Shown here: positions 30,724 through 41,623 of the stretch, piece by piece
Numbering within the stretch: position 1 is the first letter of the stretch
How the letters are laid out: each line of letters starts with the position of its first letter
Origin: a virus
DNA: 64,000 bases
Direction: 5' to 3' (one strand)
IMG/VR virus record: IMGVR_UViG_3300041955_000531
The notes under the pieces: generated by a model
Database searches by the model: none
Seen by the model: only the letters and a program-made list of their open reading frames with translations
Told to the model about the DNA's origin: nothing
Made by a program: the position numbers and the translations under genes

Positions 30724-32292
30724 ATGCCAACAGCCAATCGTGGAGTACAGTTCGTTTACTACACTCCGAATCTACCCAATAGGTCGATTCCGATAGCTCA
30801 TGTGTCTACTACGCCTGAGTCACCATCCCAGCTGACAGATGTGAACAATAACGTCTATCAGCCTGGCGCGCTGACAATGACGCAGTTGACTACTCCCTTT
30901 ACAGTGTTTACTGCTCCTGCCCTACAATCCTCTATATCTATCTCTGGGGCTACGCAGTATCAGTTTGCGAACCAGTTCTTCGAACTGACTGATCAGGTTG
31001 ATGGGTCTGGGAGTCCGCTGTATTACCAGCACTATCTGCCCACTGAGGTATCAAACGTAACGATCTTAGATCTGAATGGTAATACTGTAGCAACTCCGAC
31101 TATGACATCTACATCAGGTCCTATTATTCGTTCACTGACTCGGGGAAGTGTCACAGCTAACTTCCTGCTTCACTCCTTCCCGAGTGTCAACAATACTACC
31201 TTGCCTTACGTGCAGTATCAGGTGCGTTATATCGATGATGTTGGCTTCCTCCATCTGGAGATCTTGAAGTTCTACAATGTAATCGCTCCCGCTGTGTTTA
31301 CGCCCAGCTCGAGTACATATGTAACCTCAACGATTGTTCTTACAGTCAATGCAATCACAGCTTACTATTTGAGATGGTATGCTCAGAACGGGTATCAAAT
31401 CCTGCAGCCGTACAACGACATTCCAAATGACCCTTGGCGCGCGCGTATACGATTCAGTCTGCAGAACATCCCGCCTGAATATGGCAATCAAGTATGGACT
31501 CCGCAAAAGCCTTACCAACTTGGTACCTGGGTCCCAGGAACTTCAACAGCGACGCACTTGATTCAGTTCGAGCGTCGTCCTATCCTCTATAACAACACCT
31601 ATCCTAATGTGTTGATATACGATAAGAACTATGTCTTGAAGTATGCCTTGGCTGGTCAGACAGGCAATGGTTTCCTGTATCCGTGGCGTCTCAATCAGTT
31701 CGTGGATATCGATCCTAATACTGGGGTTGTACAGGTGGCCGTCGAGACAGATCCAACGGACATCATATTCGGATTCTTCTCCTACCTGGAGCCAGATGTA
31801 GTCTTCACTGGCCTAGATATAAACCCATACACTAATCCGAGTGTTCGGAACAAAGTCATTTCGTTCTATCAAAAGACTAATGGGGAAGATCCTCTGCATT
31901 ACATCTACTACCAGGTACTGGATGAGAGCGGCAATGTAACTGCTACGAATGACCCAGCCCCTGCTACAGGAACCAACCATTTCTTTGGTACGATTCTGGT
32001 AGGCCAGGCTGTATCAGTGGGAGACTTCACCTTCACTGATGCACGCGTGCGTGGTGGCGGATTATCATCACTCTACCAGCACATTCCTCAGGCAGTCAAC
32101 TTCTGGGATCTTGGGTTCTGGGATGGCAAGCCCTTCCCGGCCGGCGGAGCAATGATGCTATATCTGCCAGTCACACTCCTATCGACATTCACTTCCGCGG
32201 AAGTATCACAGATCGTAAACGCCGTTGTGCCTATGGGCACAATACCAGTCATAGTCTACTATGATTCGGAAGGCAATGAGACGACAGTATAA
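30724..32292 (+). CDS. Virion structural protein
   Basis: Start moved to ATG 30724 just after the upstream stop; C-terminal DARVRGGGL...WDLGFWDGKPFP motif recalled from large-phage virion proteins. Confidence 0.65.
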   Translation: MPTANRGVQFVYYTPNLPNRSIPIAHVSTTPESPSQLTDVNNNVYQPGALTMTQLTTPFTVFTAPALQSSISISGATQYQFANQFFELTDQVDGSGSPLYYQHYLPTEVSNVTILDLNGNTVATPTMTSTSGPIIRSLTRGSVTANFLLHSFPSVNNTTLPYVQYQVRYIDDVGFLHLEILKFYNVIAPAVFTPSSSTYVTSTIVLTVNAITAYYLRWYAQNGYQILQPYNDIPNDPWRARIRFSLQNIPPEYGNQVWTPQKPYQLGTWVPGTSTATHLIQFERRPILYNNTYPNVLIYDKNYVLKYALAGQTGNGFLYPWRLNQFVDIDPNTGVVQVAVETDPTDIIFGFFSYLEPDVVFTGLDINPYTNPSVRNKVISFYQKTNGEDPLHYIYYQVLDESGNVTATNDPAPATGTNHFFGTILVGQAVSVGDFTFTDARVRGGGLSSLYQHIPQAVNFWDLGFWDGKPFPAGGAMMLYLPVTLLSTFTSAEVSQIVNAVVPMGTIPVIVYYDSEGNETTV

Positions 32293-32804
32293 TGACTACC
32301 CTACCCACTCCTGGAGTTTATCTGAACTGGACACAAGGTACAGCCGTCCTAATCGGACTGATGAACACTGTCTTCCAGGAAAATCAATGTGTCCAGGGAA
32401 TCACTTTCCCTAGCAATGCTACAACTCCAATCAACGTACGTATGTCCTCTAGTTCCCACGATTTGCAGACATTTGATACGTTCCGCAACGTGAAGCTATA
32501 TCTTACTGGGGACCCTGCTCAGATTGCCATAGTTCAAGGCCTCTGGCCTACTCAGGGTGGCGGCCTCTTCATCAGTTATGATGGTGGCAAAACGTACACC
32601 CCTTTTACTACAAGTTATGGCTATGAATCTAATCCTGCGACCTGGGTGCTTTTGCCAGCGGTAGCCATAGGATTGGGTGGATTGGATGGTATTCTTGGTC
32701 CTTTTGATTCGGCGAACTTGGTGCTTAAGTACATCATCCCCGAGCAAGCGAACCAGTATCAGATCTACAACGTGTCTCTAACAGCGGACTTTGACGTGGC
32801 CTAA
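32292..32804 (+). CDS. Virion structural protein (hypothetical)
   Basis: TAATG coupling within the structural operon. Confidence 0.6.
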   Translation: MTTLPTPGVYLNWTQGTAVLIGLMNTVFQENQCVQGITFPSNATTPINVRMSSSSHDLQTFDTFRNVKLYLTGDPAQIAIVQGLWPTQGGGLFISYDGGKTYTPFTTSYGYESNPATWVLLPAVAIGLGGLDGILGPFDSANLVLKYIIPEQANQYQIYNVSLTADFDVA

Positions 32805-34828
32805 TGCAACTACTTGGAAACTATCAATCGAACCTTACTGCTTATCTATATGAGCAGTTACTGGGTCAGCTCGAGACCGACATCGCAGCCGGCGAGTATG
32901 GTGGTGGAACTCTGTTTGATACGTCGGCAGCCCAGACTATCCAGGCTGAAGGCCAGAGTTTCTCTACTCTTACTCTCCCATCGGCGGGCAATACTGCCTA
33001 TGTGACGGACGTCAATACACCAGTGCAGACTCTGCAAGCGCGCTACAACGCAATCACAAGTGAAGTGGCGAACATGCAGACAACAATCACAGCTCTGCTT
33101 GCCACCATCCAGAAAGAATCTGATCTGATTGACAAGACCATCGCCGCGGCTGAGATAGAGGTGTGGGGCTCTCAACAGCCATACTTGCCAACTGCTCAGG
33201 TCAACCTTTGGAACTTTGAATCAGGTCATGGCGCCACCAGCAAAACTTATCCCACTACAGGTGGGGCTACTTACCAGACAGACCCTACTAATGGTGTAGC
33301 TTGTCTTACTGCGGTGCCAGACGTATCCTACGTCTTCAGTGAATATCTGACACCCGCAGGCACAGGAGTAGCTACGCAAGGTATTGGCTCCCCAACGATT
33401 CATCGTAGTATTCCAGTGAAGGATATTTCCTGGAGCTTTACTCCTAACTCAGGACAGACACAGTTCGAGACTATCTATGCTAACGACCAGACTTGGGCGT
33501 ATCTCTCTACTCTGGAGCCCTCTGCGATACTTACGTTTGGGGCGCCTGTTATCGCAGTGCAACTGCCGGTGGGCGGCTCGGCCGTGGGGCTCTATACTAC
33601 CACAGGCTCAGTGGCAGGCGGCAGTCTTCCAGTCTATGTTAGGATCCTATTCTACCCTCGTCAACAAAATATCTTCGTCAATAACCTCGTATCCGCCCAG
33701 GTCATCCAGCTCTCTGCTTACAATGTAACCGCGGATACTGTCCAGGTATTTACTGCAACCAAGGTCTTTACTCAAGGTATTGACTTCACCGTCAATGATA
33801 CCTCTGCTCTTACTGTGCTGCCTACGGGCGCGCTGCCAGGTCAGAGTGTCACGATCATGTTCGAAGAGTACTACCCAGCCTATCAGTGTTCAATCGACCA
33901 GACGCACTGGAGTCCTATCTTCATGCTGGATCAGAGTCGTCCATATCCAGATGACACTACGGACTTCATTCCGATCGATATACAGAATGGTAACTTCCCT
34001 CTCTTTGATGAACTGGGAGTGCCTCTGGGGCTTTATCTGCAGGTGGTTGGTAGCCCAACAAATCTAGCTGCTGCAGGAGAGATGGTTCTACTTGTCACTA
34101 CTCCAGGCTCAGGAACTTTTGGTGAGATTGCTCAGCTGACTATTACACTAGAGCAAACTGTCTACATGAGTGGGTTGCACTTTGAGCCATTCACCAACTT
34201 CCCTGCAACTATCACTAGCATTGTTGCTTACGGCTTTACGGATGTAGCTCAGACTACGATAGTAGATATACCATTCATTCTCGATCGCGCTGTTACTTTC
34301 AAGTTCCCGCGCCAGCTAGCAAGAACTTTTGTTGTGACCTTCGCCCAGACAAACTATGCGTTGAAGGAATACTTGGTACAACAGCCAGACTCACTGCGCC
34401 GTGATACCTTGGCTCAACTCCAATCTAGTTTGCCTTTCTCTGTGCAACGTCCACAGCCTGGTATTCCGCAGCACTATGAAGGTGCCCTCTATGAGTTTGG
34501 TATTCAAAACATTGCAGCGTATGATGACCTCCCTAATCTCCCTGGTGTATTTAGTAGCGGACCTTATCTTGTCCAAGGTACACCGGAAGTCATTCGCCTA
34601 GATTGCGAACTGACGAATATGCCGACGAACGCAGTCTATCTCGGCTATATTTCATACGATGCCAACGACGCAGTTCTCGAGCAGAGTGAGATTGCATTCA
34701 CACCTGGAACTACGATCTTGTATCCAGGTGCTTTTGTCGCCGACCACGTCGACTTCTTTGTTAAGCTTGTATTCCGTGAGGAGCTGTCAGTAGCACAAGC
34801 CCTGCAGCTACAGGTTACCACACGCTAA
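32804..34828 (+). CDS. Virion structural protein, coiled-coil N-terminus and beta-rich C-terminus
   Basis: Long coupled ORF. Confidence 0.6.
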   Translation: MQLLGNYQSNLTAYLYEQLLGQLETDIAAGEYGGGTLFDTSAAQTIQAEGQSFSTLTLPSAGNTAYVTDVNTPVQTLQARYNAITSEVANMQTTITALLATIQKESDLIDKTIAAAEIEVWGSQQPYLPTAQVNLWNFESGHGATSKTYPTTGGATYQTDPTNGVACLTAVPDVSYVFSEYLTPAGTGVATQGIGSPTIHRSIPVKDISWSFTPNSGQTQFETIYANDQTWAYLSTLEPSAILTFGAPVIAVQLPVGGSAVGLYTTTGSVAGGSLPVYVRILFYPRQQNIFVNNLVSAQVIQLSAYNVTADTVQVFTATKVFTQGIDFTVNDTSALTVLPTGALPGQSVTIMFEEYYPAYQCSIDQTHWSPIFMLDQSRPYPDDTTDFIPIDIQNGNFPLFDELGVPLGLYLQVVGSPTNLAAAGEMVLLVTTPGSGTFGEIAQLTITLEQTVYMSGLHFEPFTNFPATITSIVAYGFTDVAQTTIVDIPFILDRAVTFKFPRQLARTFVVTFAQTNYALKEYLVQQPDSLRRDTLAQLQSSLPFSVQRPQPGIPQHYEGALYEFGIQNIAAYDDLPNLPGVFSSGPYLVQGTPEVIRLDCELTNMPTNAVYLGYISYDANDAVLEQSEIAFTPGTTILYPGAFVADHVDFFVKLVFREELSVAQALQLQVTTR

Positions 34829-34829
34829 T

Positions 34830-36344
34830 ATGTTCAATCCAGTCTTCAACTCCGTTCAGACCAGCCAGCTAATCCTTAACAGGATCGCGCGCGTTGCTAA
34901 TCAACTGCGTTCATTCAAGGCTTATACTCAGGTTGACTACCAGGCAGAGGTTTACAGCGCTGTTAATGGCGTGCTGAATCTTGGAAATAAGATGACTCCG
35001 CCTGCTTACTTCGCTGGACAGACGCCAGCTACAGTAGGAAATATAACTACCTATCTAGGTAACCTGAATAATGATGGGAATGACGTCGCCGCGGAAGTGA
35101 CTTCTATCGAGACTCAGATCGCCCAGTATTATAACCTATCCGCCGGGGTTCAGAATACCCTGCGTCAAACAGTCCGTGAGCAGGTATACGCTTCGATCGC
35201 CAATCAATACATTGAAGCGTTCGTCAATGATGCTCAGATGCAGCCAGGTTATACAGCCAACCTGGACTTTAATGCTGGTGTGGCTACATGCCCTCTGACT
35301 TCGGATACTACAATCAATCCGACCACCGTTATTACAGGACCATCGAGTATTAGCTCAACAGCTACAGCAAACAATAACTACGATCCGATGCAGCTGCTGA
35401 ATCCTACAAACTCTGTAACAAATGTAGTGGTATGGAATGGCTCCCAGCTTGAGCTGCAACTACAGTTCTCTACTCCTACGCCACTGAACCGACTGATTAT
35501 TCACCAGGACAACTATGAGGGTCTGGAGATCATAAGCCTGACTAGTTCGCCTGATGGGATCTACTTCGATGAGATCGATGCGGAACTCTTCCCGTCGGAT
35601 CTTACACTTGATGCGCAGTCTGGCAAGTATAGTGGTGACGCGATCATCGACTTCAACCCGCGCACTGTCAGCGTTCTTAAGCTTGTGGTTGCTGACTTGA
35701 TTGGACAAGGCTACGTCGCTCTTCGCGGCATCGAAACACACCAGCGAGTCTTCGCTTCCTCGGGGCAGTTCACTTCCAACCCGATATACACTCCTACAGG
35801 GCTCGTGAACTTCTCGACTTTGCAGCGTATCTATCCTCAGCTGACACAGATCACTCACCAGCTCTCCTATGACGGAGTCCACTTCTCAGTGATACAACCC
35901 GGGCAGGCTATCTCCCTGGTTAGCTCCCCGTTCTGGTACCGTGCACAGCTGGACGTCGTCACTACGGCTTTCAACTCGGCCGCCAGCCCGCTAGCACAAG
36001 GCAATGGGGACCCTGGGACATCTCCGAACTATACCCTGGGTAATATAACCAGTACTAATCTTAATGGCGGGGTATTACAACGTAATATAGTATTCACTTC
36101 GGTGACCGGCCCGATCGTTTTGAATGAAACCCCGATCCCGAACACCTTGGCTGTCTACTACGGTTCTACCTTGCAACCCTCGACGGCTTATGTATTTACG
36201 AACAATACCCTTACTCTGGCAGTGTTGCCGCAGAGCAACGTAACGGTCCGCTATCAGACCTCCACCTTTGGTACGGCCGGCCTGGCATCCCTGCAGAACA
36301 ACTTTACGCCCTATCTATTCCAAGCATCATTCGAGCAAGCATAA
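34830..36344 (+). CDS. Virion structural protein
   Basis: Long ORF, same coiled-coil plus beta architecture. Confidence 0.6.
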   Translation: MFNPVFNSVQTSQLILNRIARVANQLRSFKAYTQVDYQAEVYSAVNGVLNLGNKMTPPAYFAGQTPATVGNITTYLGNLNNDGNDVAAEVTSIETQIAQYYNLSAGVQNTLRQTVREQVYASIANQYIEAFVNDAQMQPGYTANLDFNAGVATCPLTSDTTINPTTVITGPSSISSTATANNNYDPMQLLNPTNSVTNVVVWNGSQLELQLQFSTPTPLNRLIIHQDNYEGLEIISLTSSPDGIYFDEIDAELFPSDLTLDAQSGKYSGDAIIDFNPRTVSVLKLVVADLIGQGYVALRGIETHQRVFASSGQFTSNPIYTPTGLVNFSTLQRIYPQLTQITHQLSYDGVHFSVIQPGQAISLVSSPFWYRAQLDVVTTAFNSAASPLAQGNGDPGTSPNYTLGNITSTNLNGGVLQRNIVFTSVTGPIVLNETPIPNTLAVYYGSTLQPSTAYVFTNNTLTLAVLPQSNVTVRYQTSTFGTAGLASLQNNFTPYLFQASFEQA

Positions 36345-37645
36345 TGGCTACCTCAATCATACCTCTCGTAGACGGCACAACTGGAAGTGCTTCCGCGGTC
36401 CAGGCGAACTTTGATGTCCTGATCAACCAAGGTCAAGCTGCCATAAATGAGTGTGTTGTCCTGCGTGAAAACACCCTTCTCCTGTTTAATAACGCACTGT
36501 CGGAACTGAATGGGAAGAAGGTCCGTGCCAACCGCCTGGCTCAGATAGGAGTACCTGTCAAGTTCCTGACCACAGATGACAAGGATATCAACCAGCCGAT
36601 CACCACAGCCACCCTCCGGTGCGATGCGGGCAATGTCACCCTTCGCGAACGACAGGCTCCAGGAGAGGCGATCGTCTCCCAGGTAAGGTTCTCTGCCAGC
36701 CAGGGCACGATCCAGGCTCTACAGGTCCCCCAGACGGGTTCTAGTGGCAATCTAGGAGCCCTTTACAGGGTCGCCACCCAGAATGGGGCCGTACCGGTAG
36801 GCACCTTCGATATCCAGCTTGTCAACCCTGTTACGACCGGGCTAATCATCTTTGATATGATGGATATGCCCGCAGGTCCAACGGTCCAGCCTTATATTTC
36901 ATTAAATGGAATAAACTTCGCTCCAGCCGTCACCTTGACTCAGAATGGGTACCGTCTGGCTGCCTGGTTCGCGCCGGCTGAGACACAGTATATTCGCCTG
37001 GCTATCACTCCAGCCCTCCCTGACGTCCTGGGTGGAGATGTCTTTACCTTCGGACTAACCGACTTCCATGCCTTCTCGGTACAATACCATCTGCAGTCAG
37101 ATGTTTATACTAATCAGATACAGCTGACACCCCAGTCTGCCTTTTTGGAGTTTGACACGGATACGGTCTCGGGTGTTACTTACTTCCTGTCCTTGGGAGG
37201 TAATCCTGCCCTCGAGGTATTCCCTGGCGCCATAGTCCCAGTCCCTGGCGCCACAGTGGTAACCTCCACATCAGTGCCTTTAGACTCGGGAACGGGCCAG
37301 CTACAACTACCTAGCCCAGCTGTGACTTACCAGCTGCCGTCCGATGCCTATCCTTCTTCTTTGGTAATAACCGACGTAACAAATCCAGCAGCTCCTGTAG
37401 AAATGAGGATTGCTCCTGGGTTGTCTGCTGCAGCTACACCCCCATCGAATCAATACTTTACATTGGATGGCTCGGGGAATATGTATCTGGTGACGTACCA
37501 TTCAGGGCCAGATGCTTCGCGAGTATTCGATGTGTCTTATACGACTGGGCCAGCACAACTCACAGCTCAGCTTCATGTGCAGCTTACAACTTCAGATCTT
37601 AACACTACGCCGGTCTACTCTGGCGCCCAGCTTGTAGAGGTATAA
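36344..37645 (+). CDS. Virion structural protein
   Basis: TAATG coupling, beta-rich. Confidence 0.6.
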   Translation: MATSIIPLVDGTTGSASAVQANFDVLINQGQAAINECVVLRENTLLLFNNALSELNGKKVRANRLAQIGVPVKFLTTDDKDINQPITTATLRCDAGNVTLRERQAPGEAIVSQVRFSASQGTIQALQVPQTGSSGNLGALYRVATQNGAVPVGTFDIQLVNPVTTGLIIFDMMDMPAGPTVQPYISLNGINFAPAVTLTQNGYRLAAWFAPAETQYIRLAITPALPDVLGGDVFTFGLTDFHAFSVQYHLQSDVYTNQIQLTPQSAFLEFDTDTVSGVTYFLSLGGNPALEVFPGAIVPVPGATVVTSTSVPLDSGTGQLQLPSPAVTYQLPSDAYPSSLVITDVTNPAAPVEMRIAPGLSAAATPPSNQYFTLDGSGNMYLVTYHSGPDASRVFDVSYTTGPAQLTAQLHVQLTTSDLNTTPVYSGAQLVEV

Positions 37646-38865
37646 TGAGTAACCTTAACGTACCTACGGTAGAACTAGTCTCGACTCTCCGCGCCGCTCC
37701 TTTGAATGGCGCCGCAAGTTCGCAAGACTACAACGACTCATGGACCGAGTCGTTGGCAGACCTGGCTTCTTTGGCTGGATTCATCAATGATATCTTGATC
37801 CCGATGCTCAATGGTTTGAGCTCGAACATTCAGCCTACGTTGGTGGCTACACCTAATGGACTGGAAGGTCGTTTTATATTCAGTGATACGACAGATACCT
37901 CTCAGGTCTTCTTTGATAACCTGTCCAATACACCGAATACGATCGCGGACTCACTGCGAGTGCTGGAAGGAATCGTAAATGCTGTACAGGTAACGATCGG
38001 GAACCTGAACATCGAAGTCACTGCGTTGCAGACGGCGCTGTCTTCCACCAACCAGAATGATGTAGCTCAAGCATTGCAGAACTTTGCGGCTGCTTTGGAA
38101 AGTTTGACTGCCCAGGTAAATGCGAACACAGCTGCTATTGCTGCCATCTCGCTTACCTTGATGACAGATGGTGTGCCTAACGGTACGCAGAATATCTTGA
38201 ATCTGACGTCTGGCACAGGTATTTCCCTTGTTGCTGGTGCTGGTGGTCTTGTAACGATTGCTTGTACCGTAGCCTTAGCCTCGCTAAAAACTAACTCAGT
38301 TACTAACTCCACCCAGACTTTGCTGAATCTGACTGGTGGAACAGATATCTCATTGGTTGAAAGTGGCGGTACTGTTACGATTGCTTATACGGGCTCGGCT
38401 GGTGCTCTCAGTCTTAAAACTAATGGCACTACCAACTCAACCCAAGCTCTGTTGAATATAGCTGATGGACTTGGGATTCACGCTTCGGAAGCTGCAGGTA
38501 CAGTTACATTAGGTTTGTTGACTCCTCCGTTTGATGTGCCTGTCTTTGCTCCTGGGTTGGGTTCCGCCAGTCAGACGCTGCTGCGTATTCCTATCGCGCG
38601 CAATGTATTGTTCCCGTCTGGTGCTACTAACTCTTTTGCCACAGCATCCGCGGTTGCAGCAGCAAGTACAACATTCACTTTCTCTCACGCTGGAACTCCT
38701 TTTGCCACTGTGAACTTTGCTCTTGGCTCCTCGACTGGGGTATTTACGCAAGCATCCGATCAAGCTTTTGCTCCTGGCGATCTTCTGGAGATCGACGGAC
38801 CTGCCACACCAGATACAACTCTTGCTGATGTAGGCATTGTGCTGTGGGGATATAGAACAAGCTAA
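37645..38865 (+). CDS. Tail fibre/adaptor protein, paralog 1
   Basis: About 205-aa N-terminus shared with 41624..43558; three internal LxTxGxxNxTQxxLNLxxGxGI-type repeats. Confidence 0.75.
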   Translation: MSNLNVPTVELVSTLRAAPLNGAASSQDYNDSWTESLADLASLAGFINDILIPMLNGLSSNIQPTLVATPNGLEGRFIFSDTTDTSQVFFDNLSNTPNTIADSLRVLEGIVNAVQVTIGNLNIEVTALQTALSSTNQNDVAQALQNFAAALESLTAQVNANTAAIAAISLTLMTDGVPNGTQNILNLTSGTGISLVAGAGGLVTIACTVALASLKTNSVTNSTQTLLNLTGGTDISLVESGGTVTIAYTGSAGALSLKTNGTTNSTQALLNIADGLGIHASEAAGTVTLGLLTPPFDVPVFAPGLGSASQTLLRIPIARNVLFPSGATNSFATASAVAAASTTFTFSHAGTPFATVNFALGSSTGVFTQASDQAFAPGDLLEIDGPATPDTTLADVGIVLWGYRTS

Positions 38866-41615
38866 TGAGTATAGCTCTCGTCCAAGCCGTTAACGGATTC
38901 TGGGTAAGCAGTAGTGTTGTCTCTAACACTTTTACTTCTCCTGTCACGGCTGGGAACTTGCTGATTGCTCATGTTGTTGGAGAGTGGACATACACTCGTC
39001 AACTGACGATTATAGATACACTCGGTAATGCTTGGATTCCTATCTTCGTTACTCAAGATAGTCTGTCGGGTGAACAAAGCAATGTCTGGTATACTTTCTC
39101 ACAGGCTTCTGGTGCTAATACTGTCACGGTCTATGGAGCTAATAACTCTTTTAATGGAGTAGCTCTGGCTGAGTTCTCGGGTGTTATCGGCATTGATCAG
39201 GTCACTAGACCCGTAACTCAAAGTGGAGGTGGCTCTTCCCCGTTATATACAAATACTTCCAATCCTGTAACTACTCTATATGTTCATGAGTTGCTAATCT
39301 CATTTGGATGTATTGCTGTAGGTGGTTATGGGGGAGGTGCTGGTGGAACCGTCGTAGCTCCAATGAGCCTTCTGGCGAATATAGAGTGGACGGGTGGTCC
39401 TGACTGGTTCGGTCAGATGGGCTATCAGATAGTAAGTTCTATCCAGACTGGCTATACAGCACAGATGGGGATTGGTAGCAACAACGCCGACATCCAACTG
39501 ACTACTTTCTATGGTGATGCTTCGTTACCGTTGACGGTGAAGCAACCATATCAACTAACTAGCTACCATGTCGATGTTGTAGGTGGGGTCACAAACCCGA
39601 TTATTGAAGCTGCTTTGATGCCTGACATAGCAGATATGTATGCTGTGTTTGCTTATGCTGCCAACGGACAAAGCTCTCATGCTATTCCCACTTCTACAGT
39701 GCCTGTAGCCACCTATGAGAATCTCAGTGCTACTACGATAACGGCTTCTCTTACGCCAGCTGCTGCTAATGAGTGGGCTCTCTTTTCTTATGCTTCCCAT
39801 AATCAGAGTACGAACTTTGGTCCTGGCGCCGGCTGGACGAAACTCGATGATGGTTATAACGGTCAATCTATCTATTCACAGTTCTTGCCCAGCACTTCTC
39901 CTATTACAGCGACAGTAACTCTTGATAACCCAGGACAGGCTGGAGCTGGCATTCTAGCACTCTTCAAGACTAACGGAAGCACGCCTGTTATGGTGCAGAA
40001 AGGAGTTGGTGGTGGGGCTTGGGGTACTATCACTCCCACATTTTCTGGTCCTATAACTCCGGGTAATGCTTTGATTGCGGTTGCTTCAACAAATACTACA
40101 TTTCAAGGCGCGATTGTCACAACGGCTTCGGATCCAACATATGGAAATGTCTGGGTGCCTATTGGTTTCATTCAAACTGGTGGACTAACTGGTGTCGCAA
40201 CTGCGGTCTTTGTTTGCTATGACCCGAATCCCAGCACCTTAGATGTAACGTTAACTCAATCTCCATCTGCCAGTTCGTCTGATGCCTGGATCTTTGAAGT
40301 CACCAATATTGTGCCTGGACTTGTAGGCTGGACAGAGATTGGTCCTACAGTTGCAGGTCAGGGTATATTCTCTCAAACTATTAGTGCTATTGCTCCTGTT
40401 GGAGCTGTAGTCACTCTGGGAACTCCAAGCGTTTCTGCATCAGCAACGATAGCTCTTATACCTACTGCTAGCACGCCAGCAATCGTTCAGAGTGCTTCAA
40501 GTGCCACTCCCATTACAGGTGCTAATGGTGGGTTTGGATGGAGAACAGTTTTTACCAGTCCTGTTTCAACCAGCAATAGTGTGATTGCTGTGCTGACTAT
40601 AAGTGATGCTGTTCATGGTGGTGTGTTGTGGGCTAATCCAGTCGATGATGCTAATCAATGGTATCAGGTGGGTATAGCTCCAAACACAAACCTGAGTGCT
40701 CTACTAGCAGACTCGGCATCTGTATTTGTGTGGTGGTGTCCGTCGCCACAGAGTGGAACTCAGACGCTTGATGTAATGGCATTCAATGGTCCTACTGGTG
40801 GATTCACAGGTACTTGGTCTATCTATGAAGTCTCTGGTTTGAAGATACCTACTATACCAAAGCTTGTAGAAAAGATTGTGACGGCTGTATCACCTGCTGG
40901 TACGATTGGACCGGATCTTGGACAGCAAGGGACGGCTCCGATCTCGATTACAGGGACGCCAGCACAAGGGAACGAGTGGTTAATCTATCTTGGTTCTGGT
41001 CAGAACTCTCACCAGGAAAACAATAGTGTGCCCTCAGGCTTCACAGCATTTCCTAATGGGCCATCATTTTATCAAGGGATAATGGCGTGGTTGGATCAAG
41101 CTTCTCCTTCTCCTGTAACAGCTGTTTCAACTATTGGAACTCATACAGCTAACTGGGCTGCAATGCTGGCAATGTTCTATACCCAGCCGACAGTGATACA
41201 AGGGAGTAACCCAGGTGGACAGGGTGGTGGTTCTACGAGCTTCAGCAGCACGACACCAGGAAATGCGCTTATTCTTGGTCTCACGATAGGGCAGACAAAC
41301 TTTACATTTGCACCTCCTATCAGTATCTGGGATTCACAGAACAATGCTTATCAGTTGCTGGGAGTAGTTAACAATCCGAATAACGATGTTAACTATGGCT
41401 TCTATTCAAATGCTGTGTATCTCTATATTGCACAAGATATTGTAGGTGGTCCAGTAGAAATCCACACCCAGTATACCTATAACTACGATGGTGGGGGACC
41501 TCCTTATTACTACTTCCCGGAGTATCCGGAGATTCAAGGTTGGGTTGCAGAAATCACTCCCTTGCTGGCTCCATTGCTGTCAGGTTTTGTTGTGATCCCG
41601 ACATTCTTTCAATAA
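38865..41615 (+). CDS. Putative receptor-binding/fibre protein with repeated beta domains
   Basis: Recurring modules such as FTSPVTAGNLLIA, FSGPITPGNALIA, FTSPVSTSNSVIA and FSSTTPGNALIL. Confidence 0.7.
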   Translation: MSIALVQAVNGFWVSSSVVSNTFTSPVTAGNLLIAHVVGEWTYTRQLTIIDTLGNAWIPIFVTQDSLSGEQSNVWYTFSQASGANTVTVYGANNSFNGVALAEFSGVIGIDQVTRPVTQSGGGSSPLYTNTSNPVTTLYVHELLISFGCIAVGGYGGGAGGTVVAPMSLLANIEWTGGPDWFGQMGYQIVSSIQTGYTAQMGIGSNNADIQLTTFYGDASLPLTVKQPYQLTSYHVDVVGGVTNPIIEAALMPDIADMYAVFAYAANGQSSHAIPTSTVPVATYENLSATTITASLTPAAANEWALFSYASHNQSTNFGPGAGWTKLDDGYNGQSIYSQFLPSTSPITATVTLDNPGQAGAGILALFKTNGSTPVMVQKGVGGGAWGTITPTFSGPITPGNALIAVASTNTTFQGAIVTTASDPTYGNVWVPIGFIQTGGLTGVATAVFVCYDPNPSTLDVTLTQSPSASSSDAWIFEVTNIVPGLVGWTEIGPTVAGQGIFSQTISAIAPVGAVVTLGTPSVSASATIALIPTASTPAIVQSASSATPITGANGGFGWRTVFTSPVSTSNSVIAVLTISDAVHGGVLWANPVDDANQWYQVGIAPNTNLSALLADSASVFVWWCPSPQSGTQTLDVMAFNGPTGGFTGTWSIYEVSGLKIPTIPKLVEKIVTAVSPAGTIGPDLGQQGTAPISITGTPAQGNEWLIYLGSGQNSHQENNSVPSGFTAFPNGPSFYQGIMAWLDQASPSPVTAVSTIGTHTANWAAMLAMFYTQPTVIQGSNPGGQGGGSTSFSSTTPGNALILGLTIGQTNFTFAPPISIWDSQNNAYQLLGVVNNPNNDVNYGFYSNAVYLYIAQDIVGGPVEIHTQYTYNYDGGGPPYYYFPEYPEIQGWVAEITPLLAPLLSGFVVIPTFFQ

Positions 41616-41623
41616 GGTAATCT